64,000 nt of DNA from Gammaproteobacteria bacterium (lineage in GTDB: Bacteria > Pseudomonadota > Gammaproteobacteria > Arenicellales > JAJDZL01): NCBI GenBank assembly GCA_022823625.1, contig JAJEHQ010000038.1, forward strand, positions 527 through 64,526, written 5' to 3'. The notes beneath the pieces were generated by a model. That model worked only from the letters and a program-made list of their open reading frames with translations, did no database searches and was not told the origin of the DNA. Both the position numbers and the translations under genes were made by a program. Positions 9,428 through 17,832 of the stretch are shown here, piece by piece. The first letter of the stretch is position 1; each line of letters begins with the position of its first letter.

Positions 9428-9919
9428 TTGAATGATACGATTAATCATCTGGTTCAACAGTTGAGTGAATTGCTCATTGAACGGGGTTGGATGATTGCTA
9501 CAGTTGAGTCTTGTACGGGTGGTATGATCGCCGAGTCGATTACGCGAATGCCAGGAAGTTCTGACTGGTTTGAAAGGGGGTTTGTGACTTACAGCAATGA
9601 TGCAAAGCAGGAGTTGGTTGGCGTGAGTTCTGAATCGCTTCACGATCATGGTGCTGTATCAAGTGCTGTAGCGCGCGAGATGGCCGTAGGTGGAATTCAG
9701 TCAAGTCGTGCGGACTTGGCTGTATCAGTTACAGGTGTAGCAGGACCTGACGGCGGAAGTGAAGAAAAACCAGTGGGTACAGTCTGGATCGCGTGGGCAG
9801 ATCGCAATGGAAAGGTAATCGATCAAGAATATCTGTTTTCCGGCGATAGGCAGCAGGTTCGCTTGACTTCTGCACAAAGCGCATTTGCTGGGGCGATTAA
9901 AATTCTAAACAGCATGTGA
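9428..9919 (+). CDS. pncC: CinA-C-type nicotinamide-nucleotide amidohydrolase
   Basis: ATVESCTGGMIAESITRMPGSSDWFERGFVTYSNDAKQELVGV is typical of the CinA C-terminal/PncC family. TTG start as listed. Confidence 0.85.
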   Translation: MNDTINHLVQQLSELLIERGWMIATVESCTGGMIAESITRMPGSSDWFERGFVTYSNDAKQELVGVSSESLHDHGAVSSAVAREMAVGGIQSSRADLAVSVTGVAGPDGGSEEKPVGTVWIAWADRNGKVIDQEYLFSGDRQQVRLTSAQSAFAGAIKILNSM

Positions 9920-10440
9920 CTGAAACTCAATCTCAGCGACTGTTTGTTGCCTTGTGGCCTGAGGATGAAGTCAGGACAAAGCTGTCAAACAAACAACTCG
10001 AATTGAACCTAGGTGATTATGGTCGCCTGGTTCCTTCTGCAAACCTTCACATCACATTGCTTTTTCTGGGAGATGTGCCACTTAGTGATATTCCAGAAAT
10101 CGCAAGTTTTGTGAATTCAATAGAACTAACGCCGTTTTCCTTTACCATCAGCAGAATTGGATTTTGGCCGCACAACAAAATTGTATGGGCAGGGCCAGAA
10201 GAAACAAAAGCAGAGTTGGATGACCTGTCGAATCAGATTCGAATCGGACTAAAGAGATATGTGTCGGATCGGCGAAGATTTGCACCACACGTAACGCTTG
10301 CTAGAAAAGTCAGGCGGCGCGTGCAATGTGAATTGACACCGATTGAATGGCGAGTAGGAAAAGTCTATCTGGTCCGCTCTGTTCTGAGTCACAAAGGCTC
10401 ACAGTACAAACTGATTGCCTCTTCTGGAAGTTCAGGTTAA
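9916..10440 (+). CDS. thpR: RNA 2',3'-cyclic phosphodiesterase (2H phosphoesterase, LigT/ThpR)
   Basis: Two HxT/S motifs (LHITLLFLG and PHVTLAR) at the expected spacing. 4-nt overlap with pncC. Confidence 0.85.
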   Translation: MTETQSQRLFVALWPEDEVRTKLSNKQLELNLGDYGRLVPSANLHITLLFLGDVPLSDIPEIASFVNSIELTPFSFTISRIGFWPHNKIVWAGPEETKAELDDLSNQIRIGLKRYVSDRRRFAPHVTLARKVRRRVQCELTPIEWRVGKVYLVRSVLSHKGSQYKLIASSGSSG

Positions 10441-10525
10441 TCTGAAGTTTGAAGGCAATTTAGCTGCCGAACCCTGCTGATTCCAGCATATTTTGAAAAT
10501 CTTATTTCAGCTTTCTACCTACAAT
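10436..10525 (+). repeat. Island direct repeat, left copy part A
   Basis: Hand alignment with 18937-19026 gives 78 of 90 positions identical with no gaps. It begins at GTTAA, which contains the thpR stop codon. Confidence 0.85.
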
Positions 10526-11310
10526 TCGCTTCGCCTGTCCGGATAACTGATCGATTTCAGCATACTCAGTGACCGTTGCTTGTCATTGGGCAGCGAGGTC
10601 AACTGAAACTGAAGCGCTTTATCCTGTCTGCGCTTGGGTTGACACCTGTTGACCGTAATGGTTTCGAGATGTTTCGATCAAGGAGCGGAAATAATAGGCT
10701 TGAGAGCCATTCGGCAAATAGAGCACTGGCGATTTTTTTTCCCCCTGCAAGGACCTGTGTGCGGGCAACAACGGATCAAGCACCGCGTTGATTTGAACCG
10801 GTTGTGGGTCGGAAAACAATAATTCCCGCCACGCTTCGCGCATATGCCATTCGACATAATAGGCAAGAATGCAGACAAAGATGTGATAGCGTTCCACCAA
10901 GGTAGTGTCGTACCACCACCGACAGATTACCAACTTGGTATGCAGACGGATAATGCAGGCCGCAATCATCACCATAACCAAGCTTCGGTTGGAAGATGCT
11001 TTGGAGCTGATCAGTGCGTCAAAACACTGTTTATTCCGCGTTCAGATAAGTTTATTCCGCGTTCAGATTAAGTAGAATACGCACTCAAAGTCATTTTGAC
11101 ATCGGTAAGCTGTTTTCCCTCAAGCGCGGCGTGCACCAGTTCGATGACCGTCAGGGCAGTTTGCTCAGTTCGGCGAGGGTTTTCAGTTGAACTTTTCCGT
11201 GTTGATTCCGGTAGCTCGAGCGCCAGGGTGGAGCGATAGAATATGTTTCCCTGTTTGGAGGTAGTCTCAGCGATGTGCATGGGTGGGTGTGGTTCCGATC
11301 ATGCATATTG
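10526..11310 (-). pseudogene. Decayed IS1634/IS4-type insertion sequence (transposase fragments only)
   Basis: Minus-strand N-terminal stub MHIAETTSKQGNIFYRSTL (from 11280) and a C-terminal piece ..VERYHIFVCILAYYVEWHMREAWRELLF.. (within 10981-10619) cannot be joined in one frame. They are flanked by CCTACAAT (10518-10525) and CCTAAAAT (11311-11318), a possible 8-bp target duplication. Confidence 0.65.
11029..11070 (+). repeat. 21-nt tandem duplication at the junction of the two transposase fragments
   Basis: GTTTATTCCGCGTTCAGATAA (11029-11049) is immediately followed by GTTTATTCCGCGTTCAGATTA (11050-11070). Confidence 0.9.
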
Positions 11311-11412
11311 CCTAAAATATGAAGAAAAACAAACTCTCTAACGGTAAAAACTTCAAAAGATCAAAGGGATATCTCGCGATTACTGATTAAAGTTGGTCAG
11401 AACATCGAGTTA
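11311..11412 (+). repeat. Island direct repeat, left copy part B
   Basis: Aligns by hand with 19019-19121 at roughly 80% identity with 2-3 small indels. It ends at GTTA, which in the right copy overlaps the hydratase stop codon. Confidence 0.75.
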
Positions 11413-11443
11413 GATAACCACCGAACAAGAGGATCAGATACAC

Positions 11444-12514
11444 ATGAAGCCACATAAATTCCAAGATGATTCTGGAAAGACACTGGATGCTCACTTTCAA
11501 ACGCAGGAAAGGACGTTAATTATGCTCTCGAGAAGTGGCACCATTGGATCCCCTACAGCGCGAAATACAGAATATGGTCCAGCACTACGACTCCTTCTCA
11601 AACGAATTGATCGATCATTTTTGGAACTGGAAGGAGTCTGGGTGGATAGCAAGCATGTAAGTAAATTACCGCCAAATGAAAAACGAATATGGTCACCAAC
11701 GGATTCGGGCTTGTCACGGACAGAGTGGTTCACCACGTTGAGCAATCGTATGGCGGCTGTGGGACGTGACTCACGTAGCCGAAGCCGTGGTAATACTAAC
11801 AAGAGACTTCGCTTCGAATTTGCGGGCAATCATTCAGCCAAATTGATTGAGCGGATTTTGGGCTGGGGTGAAACAGATGCTAAACCATCAGGGAGGTTGT
11901 CACCCAGTGAAAAAGATCTAGTTTCTGCCAATCACATATGGCACGCTGTGGAACGACTCCTTCCTTCTTCTTCCATTAGGCATCTTTTCCATGATTCCAC
12001 TGAATATGATGTGGTTGCAGACGATGGGACACGTCTTCCACCGAAGGCAGTGTTCAGTTTGGCCGCTACTGAAGCTCTCGGTCGTGAGGTTGATACTTCT
12101 GACTTTGAAAGTGATTCCTTGATACGCAGTATTATCGACAAAGTGGGTTTTCAGGTGGTGCCAAAAAACCAGTCGCTAGATCACGTATTAGTCCCATTGG
12201 ACTCTGAAGAGCGCGAATGGACCGAAGGAGGTCGTAGGCTTGTAAAACACTATCGCCGCGAACGGAGCTTTAGGCTATCACAGGCAAAAAAAGAGCAGTT
12301 CAAACAAGACCACGACGGTCGATTGCACTGTGAACGTTGCAAAATGGACCCGATTGAAGTCTACGGATGCAGTTCCGGCGAAGCGTGTATCGAAGTGCAT
12401 CACAAAAATCCCTTAGCCTCCCAGCCGACAGAAAGGGTGACTCACCTAGAAGATTTAATGTGTGTCTGCGCGAACTGCCACCGAATCATTCATCGTGAAC
12501 TGTCCAATCCATAA
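11444..12514 (+). CDS. HNH (His-Me finger) endonuclease with an unassigned ~290-aa N-terminal region; candidate restriction component
   Basis: C-terminal HCERCK..CIEVHHKNPL..CVCANCHRIIH. First gene of the island cargo, co-directional with dcm. Confidence 0.75.
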   Translation: MKPHKFQDDSGKTLDAHFQTQERTLIMLSRSGTIGSPTARNTEYGPALRLLLKRIDRSFLELEGVWVDSKHVSKLPPNEKRIWSPTDSGLSRTEWFTTLSNRMAAVGRDSRSRSRGNTNKRLRFEFAGNHSAKLIERILGWGETDAKPSGRLSPSEKDLVSANHIWHAVERLLPSSSIRHLFHDSTEYDVVADDGTRLPPKAVFSLAATEALGREVDTSDFESDSLIRSIIDKVGFQVVPKNQSLDHVLVPLDSEEREWTEGGRRLVKHYRRERSFRLSQAKKEQFKQDHDGRLHCERCKMDPIEVYGCSSGEACIEVHHKNPLASQPTERVTHLEDLMCVCANCHRIIHRELSNP

Positions 12515-12773
12515 CTCGGCTGCTTGCACTTAATCTGAATTTTGCATAAACGATTCCCATGGCTCTGTGATCCTGTGGTATATCAAGCAGATTTGTTCGT
12601 GAATGTTCCTCACACCTCTTCAATTCCTCGGTGCTGAGAATGGACTTGAAAGATTTAGGCATCCGTTATTGTTTTTCAAGCAAAAACAGTATATTACGAT
12701 GGCATCACTTAATGTTACCGGAAGGTGGTGATTTGACAATAATTTTCGCAAATAGAAAAAGACAGTCGCTGAC

Positions 12774-14333
12774 GTGATAGAGAGTCGTAGGAAAACATTT
12801 CCGATCGTTGACGTATTTGCTGGTCCGGGTGGTTTGGGAGAGGGTTTCACATCGTATATTGAAGGGTCAGACATTCCACGATTCCATAATGCAGTATCTA
12901 TCGAATGCGATAACTATTCATTCAAGACCCTACATTTAAGACACTTTTTGAGAAGCTTCCCTCACGGAGAATTTCCCGATGAATATTACCAATATCTGCG
13001 GCGCGAAATAACTCTGTCTGATTTATATGGCCAATTTCGCCAAAACAAGGAATTAGCTGACCAATCTGTGTTAAAAATTGAACTCTGTAAGGAAAACCGA
13101 AAAACTGTCCGCGATCATATAGTTGAACGATTAAAAGGACGAAATCGTTGGGTGCTAATTGGTGGTCCTCCGTGTCAAGCATATTCTCTTGTAGGACGGT
13201 CTCGTATGAAGGGAGACCCAAATCATGAAAGTGACCCTCGACACAAGTTGTATAAAGAATACCTTCAGATCATAGCAGATCATGAACCTCCAGTATTCGT
13301 GATGGAGAACGTCAAGGGATTGCTATCCGCACATGTGAACGGTGAGTTTGTGTTGACTAAGATTTTGTCCGACTTAAAGTCCCCAAAATCCGCTCAAGGT
13401 ATCAGGGGAGATGCATTGGGCTATACATTACACGGTTTATCAGAGGAAAATGTATCGGGACAAGATGATCCTAAGCAATTTTTGGTTCGCTCCGAGAAAT
13501 ATGGTGTTCCACAAGCACGACACAGGGTTTTCATAGTCGGTGTACGTAAGGACCTTTTCGGTAATACTCATCCCGACAAATTGAAACCGCATAAACCTCC
13601 CTCTGTCAGGGAGACAATCGGAGATCTGCCACCGATACGAAGTGGTGTATCACGCAATATAGATTCGTTTACCGCTTGGTACAACGAGATAGGCACAATA
13701 AATCCAAGTTTAATCCGTACTGAGTTAGATGGATGCGAATACGCTGACGTTGTAGCAAACGAATTGAGAAAAAATATAGAGACAAAATTACAACATCTTG
13801 AGCGGCAATCCACCGAATATCGAGTTGCATTAAATAGAGAATTTGCAGTTTTTGACGAGGTGTATGACACTCGTCTTAACTTTCTAGAGGGTCATGAAAC
13901 GCGAAGCCACATGGCATCGGACCTTCGCCGTTATTTCTTTGCAGCGTCATTTGTAGCTGCTACTGGAGAAAGCCCTAAGCTTGCAAATTTTCCAAGAAGT
14001 TTGCTTCCTAATCACAGAAATATTTCATTGGGGTGTGAAGGGAAAATGTTTTCGGACCGATTTCGAGTACAGTTGCCAGACCAACCATCCACCACAATCA
14101 CCTCGCACATTTCAAAAGACGGACACTACTTCATTCACTACGATGCAAGTCAATGTCGCAGCCTGACCGTAAGAGAGGCGGCCCGGCTTCAAACTTTTCC
14201 AGACAATTACAAGTTTGAAGGGCCAAGGACTGCACAGTATCATCAAATTGGTAATGCGGTTCCTCCGTATCTCGCACAGCAGATTGCTGTGGTTGTTGCG
14301 GGAATCCTAGATCGAGTCACGAATGAGCAATGA
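12774..14333 (+). CDS. dcm: DNA (cytosine-5)-methyltransferase
   Basis: Motif I DVFAGPGGLGEGF, motif IV GGPPCQAYS, motif VI VMENVKGLL, motif VIII GVPQARHRVFIVG, motifs IX/X TVREAARLQTFPDNYKF..QIGNAVPPYLA. GTG start as listed. Confidence 0.92.
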   Translation: MIESRRKTFPIVDVFAGPGGLGEGFTSYIEGSDIPRFHNAVSIECDNYSFKTLHLRHFLRSFPHGEFPDEYYQYLRREITLSDLYGQFRQNKELADQSVLKIELCKENRKTVRDHIVERLKGRNRWVLIGGPPCQAYSLVGRSRMKGDPNHESDPRHKLYKEYLQIIADHEPPVFVMENVKGLLSAHVNGEFVLTKILSDLKSPKSAQGIRGDALGYTLHGLSEENVSGQDDPKQFLVRSEKYGVPQARHRVFIVGVRKDLFGNTHPDKLKPHKPPSVRETIGDLPPIRSGVSRNIDSFTAWYNEIGTINPSLIRTELDGCEYADVVANELRKNIETKLQHLERQSTEYRVALNREFAVFDEVYDTRLNFLEGHETRSHMASDLRRYFFAASFVAATGESPKLANFPRSLLPNHRNISLGCEGKMFSDRFRVQLPDQPSTTITSHISKDGHYFIHYDASQCRSLTVREAARLQTFPDNYKFEGPRTAQYHQIGNAVPPYLAQQIAVVVAGILDRVTNEQ

Positions 14334-14338
14334 TTGTG

Positions 14339-14736
14339 GTGGATCATATTTCTAAAAAAACACAGAAGTTGGAATATTTCCCGAATCATGGGACAAAAAA
14401 CTACACCCGAACTCATCATTCGAAAGTTGCTTAACCGTGCGGGTATAGATTTCAACTTCACGCAGCCAATTTACCAGGCAAACCCGAATTTGTTCTACCG
14501 AAGTATCGAACAGTGACATTCGTCAATGGTTGTTATTGGCATAGGCGTGCAGGCTGTGGCAAGACAACGATTCCTAAAACCCGAACAGAATTTTGGCTAG
14601 AAAATTTTGTAAGACAATTGAACGAGATAAACGAATCTAGGCTGAACTTAAATACTCGGCTGGATTGTACTTATTTGTATGGGAGTGCGAGTTAAAATCA
14701 GACACGGATTCTAGCCTGAAATGCGTTAAACAATAA
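14339..14736 (+). pseudogene. vsr: Very-short-patch repair endonuclease gene (vsr), disrupted
   Basis: Vsr-like segments lie in three frames: VDHISKK (frame of 14339); KKHRSWNISRIMGQKTTPELIIRKLLNRAG; GYRFQLHAANLPGKPEFVLPKYRTVTFVNGCYWH..PKTRTEFWLE; KTIERDKRI-TAG-AELKYSAGLYLFVWECELKSD..*. Shifts occur at or near the A7 run (14354-14360), the GGG run (~14441-14443) and the A4T4 run (14601-14608). There is an in-frame TAG at 14638-14640. Confidence 0.8.
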
Positions 14737-14873
14737 TATCATTTAACTACAATGTAGAATATATTATTGATAAACAATATATATAAGAGATCAAATAGTA
14801 TTATTATTCACCTTCACGTAAAATATTGTATATATTGTGGACAAATCAATTTATGTGGTGTGTTGGTCATGCT

Positions 14874-15110
14874 ATGAGAGATAAGCGCAAAAAATTTGTC
14901 GAATTAGCAGAAGCCCGCGTTAACAAGACAATCAAAAACATTCGCCTTATTGGGAATTTGTCGAACAAGAGTTTTTATGAATACAGTAAGGACGATGTAA
15001 GTAGAATTTTCCGAACTCTTCAGAAAGAGCTAGATGCTGCAAAAAGCCGATATGTCGATAGTGGACAGGACAGTGATGATTCCTTTCGACTTAGAAAACA
15101 GGGGAAGTGA
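14874..15110 (+). CDS. Small basic helical protein, first gene of the GHKL operon (unknown family)
   Basis: The listed ORF starts at TTG 14826; ATG 14874 gives 78 aa (MRDKRKKFVELAEARVNKTIKNIRLIGNLSNK..). The stop overlaps GTG 15107 (GTGA). No motif recognised and the start is uncertain. Confidence 0.5.
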   Translation: MRDKRKKFVELAEARVNKTIKNIRLIGNLSNKSFYEYSKDDVSRIFRTLQKELDAAKSRYVDSGQDSDDSFRLRKQGK

Positions 15111-16984
15111 AATTCATGACGATTGGACTTGAATTTCTTGAAAACAGTGGCGGTGAAGCAGAGGGACTTAGCGATGCCGGTATTGAAACTTTCAGAGAAA
15201 GTCCATTTGCGGCGGTGGCTCGCGAAACCGGTCAAAATAGCCGAGACGCGCGAGACAAAGTTGATGAACCTGTAGTGTTGAAGTTTGACGTAATTTCAAT
15301 TCCCGAATGCGAGTTCCCATCAATAGACGACTATCGAACAGTGGTCGGCCTTTGTTTTGCAAAATCAAAAAATGCAGACAGGGAAAAAGAAATCGGATTC
15401 TTCAAGAATGCTGTTGAAATTCTAAAAAATAGTGAACTTAGAGTACTTCGTATCGCCGACTTCAATACAAAGGGTGTGCGAGGTCCATGTGAAGAAGGCC
15501 GACCATTTCACACCTTGGCAAAAACAGATGGTATGAGCGTTAAAGAGGAGATTGGTTCAGGCGGTTCATTTGGAATAGGAAAAAACGCTGCATTCGCATT
15601 ATCTGACCTTCAGACAGTTTTTCTTTCCACTCGATATCGTGAAGATGGTAGCGACTCTGATAGTGTTTTGTGTATGGGCAAAACTCAGTTGATTTCTCAT
15701 ACTGACACTGAAGGTATCGAGCGGCGCAGGAAGGGATACTGGGGTCAAGTAGAAGATTACATGCCACTGGACGATCTCTCGGATATTCCGGATTGGCTTC
15801 GAAGAACCGAGCAGGGAACTTCAATCTTCTCGATTTGCCCAAGAAGTGACAAGACGAACTGGCAATATAGGATAACAGCGGCAATCCTGATCAATTTTTT
15901 CTGTGCAATTGAGCGAAGCGAAATGGAGTTTGAAATTGACGACGGCTCAATTTTGATTAACAAGAATACTATTCAATCTCTATTCAACGATGCTGATGTG
16001 GAATCCGCTGTCAATGAATTGGATATGAGCTACAGATTTGACGCTGCAAAGAGACTACATGAATGCCTAATAGATAAACACACTTCAACTTATGTAATAA
16101 ACATACCAGACTTAGGTGCTATCAATATTCATACCCTACTTCGCGACGGTATGAATTACACAGTTGGAATCATCCGGAATGGCATGTACATTACTGACAA
16201 TTTCAGAAACTTCAACCACCCATTTGAAAGATTCCCGCTTCACAAGGAGTTCGCAGCAATTATTGAACCAAAAGATTCAAAAGAAAGTGAGTGGTTTAAA
16301 CGTTTGGAGAACCCTAGTCACAACTCTCTTTCAGCGGAGCGGATTACAGACCCCGATATGCGCGAACTTGGGAAGCGATTGTTTGGCCAACTCGCGCGGG
16401 AGATTCGAAGTTACCTTAGAAGTATTGCAGTGTCACCGCCTACTGAAAGTATCGATCTTGATGAATTAAATGAATTTTTCGTAACTGATGGTGCAAGAAC
16501 AGAGGATGAAGTGGGTACCGAAACTGATCCACGTGCAAAACAATTGACCACTATGAAGCGAACTAGGTCTTACTATTCACTACATGGCGGTCAAGGATAT
16601 GGTACGCCGGAAGATCCACCATTACCAGGTCAGAGAACTACTGCTGGTTCAGGTACCAACCCGGGGCAAAATCACCGTCGGCGCAAAATAGTTCCACCTG
16701 TTGAATTAATTTCCGAGCGTGCACTGATCCCGGATATCAAACACCCAAAGAAAAGGCAACTGATATTTTCGTCACCTGTGAGTTCGGAAATTTCAATTGG
16801 TATCGCTGCGAGCGGCCTTAATTCAAGTGAAAAACTCGCTGTTGCAACCACATCGATTGGACGCGTAAGGAATGGTGAAATTGTACTAACGTGCAATCAA
16901 AACGATCGATATACCTTAGATGTTGAATTTGAGAATGCATATCAAGGACCGGTTGAGTTTTATGCTTATCCACCAGACAAATAA
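15107..16984 (+). CDS. GHKL/Bergerat-fold ATPase (MORC/Hsp90-like HATPase), 625 aa
   Basis: N-box ARETGQNSRDA (ExxxNxxDA), G1-like RIADFNTKGVRG, G2 GSGGSFGIGKNAAF. This is followed by ~300 unassigned aa, a Gly/Pro-rich linker (GGQGYGTPEDPPLPGQRTTAGSGTNPGQNHRRRK) and a ~90-aa C-terminal domain. An alternative ATG at 15116 has a GGGGAAG Shine-Dalgarno-like site 8 nt upstream. Confidence 0.85.
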   Translation: MKFMTIGLEFLENSGGEAEGLSDAGIETFRESPFAAVARETGQNSRDARDKVDEPVVLKFDVISIPECEFPSIDDYRTVVGLCFAKSKNADREKEIGFFKNAVEILKNSELRVLRIADFNTKGVRGPCEEGRPFHTLAKTDGMSVKEEIGSGGSFGIGKNAAFALSDLQTVFLSTRYREDGSDSDSVLCMGKTQLISHTDTEGIERRRKGYWGQVEDYMPLDDLSDIPDWLRRTEQGTSIFSICPRSDKTNWQYRITAAILINFFCAIERSEMEFEIDDGSILINKNTIQSLFNDADVESAVNELDMSYRFDAAKRLHECLIDKHTSTYVINIPDLGAINIHTLLRDGMNYTVGIIRNGMYITDNFRNFNHPFERFPLHKEFAAIIEPKDSKESEWFKRLENPSHNSLSAERITDPDMRELGKRLFGQLAREIRSYLRSIAVSPPTESIDLDELNEFFVTDGARTEDEVGTETDPRAKQLTTMKRTRSYYSLHGGQGYGTPEDPPLPGQRTTAGSGTNPGQNHRRRKIVPPVELISERALIPDIKHPKKRQLIFSSPVSSEISIGIAASGLNSSEKLAVATTSIGRVRNGEIVLTCNQNDRYTLDVEFENAYQGPVEFYAYPPDK

Positions 16985-16998
16985 CGCGAAATTCGGAT

Positions 16999-17832
16999 AT
17001 GAAAATTAACGACAAAATGCGTTTTCCTCATCCAGTGTTAAGCAAACACTCCGAAGATTACATCGAGGGTGAATTTTTTGCCGAATTCTCATATCAAAGC
17101 ACTGATGACAATCAGTTAGAAATTACTTCTACTTTTACTATCGACGACGAGAAGCTTAAGGCGTTGATTCATAATCAGCGAGCCGGTATCGGCTATTTTT
17201 TGATTTGTCGGCCTACGTATTACAACTATCTTCAAAGTGCTTCTCTCGGTGAGTTCAAGAAATATTTCGATTTATCTTTGCTTCATGGTGAAATTACGGT
17301 TCGTCCGACTATATGGGCTTTGAAAGACATAATTAATTTTCAAAGCACCAACATCCACGAGGAATTTGGAGGTAGTGTAAATATTCGAAAGGGTTCGATT
17401 ATCGCAATAGGACCTGAATTTAGATTTTCAGTTGACCCTAAAAAGTTTAAGCCGTTCGAATCTATATTTAACCTTTCGATTAACGACGATATTCAAAAAG
17501 GTATGATTGAAGTCGATGCTGATCAGGCGAAAATCGCTATTCTAGCTGAGAAGGGAACTCACGAAAAAATTGCGAATATGCGAAGTTCTTCCGAAGGTCG
17601 TTCTATTTTGCTCAGTGCTGTATACATGCCGGTTATTGCGGAGATTGTTGGTAGGTTACAAAGAGGCGATAAAAACCTTGAGTCTCACAGGTGGTATAAA
17701 GTTTTTGCAGCGAAATGTGCTGACCTTGGTATTCAACCAGATAACGAAACTGAGACTCCACTCAACGTAGCTCAGCAGTTGTTAAACGCCCCACTTGAGC
17801 GAACTTTTGAAGCTCAGTCGACTAACTTATGA
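16999..17832 (+). CDS. Hypothetical protein, GHKL-operon gene 3 (277 aa)
   Basis: Long ORF 14 nt after the ATPase stop. No recognisable catalytic motif; only a weak D...DEK (TIDDEKLK) that could hint at a PD-(D/E)xK fold. Confidence 0.6.
   Translation: MKINDKMRFPHPVLSKHSEDYIEGEFFAEFSYQSTDDNQLEITSTFTIDDEKLKALIHNQRAGIGYFLICRPTYYNYLQSASLGEFKKYFDLSLLHGEITVRPTIWALKDIINFQSTNIHEEFGGSVNIRKGSIIAIGPEFRFSVDPKKFKPFESIFNLSINDDIQKGMIEVDADQAKIAILAEKGTHEKIANMRSSSEGRSILLSAVYMPVIAEIVGRLQRGDKNLESHRWYKVFAAKCADLGIQPDNETETPLNVAQQLLNAPLERTFEAQSTNL

Noticed and set aside
10576-11071. Listed plus- and minus-strand ORFs of 66-120 aa inside the IS relic.
   Set aside because: They are explained as fragments or shadows of a decayed IS1634-type transposase gene, not independent genes.
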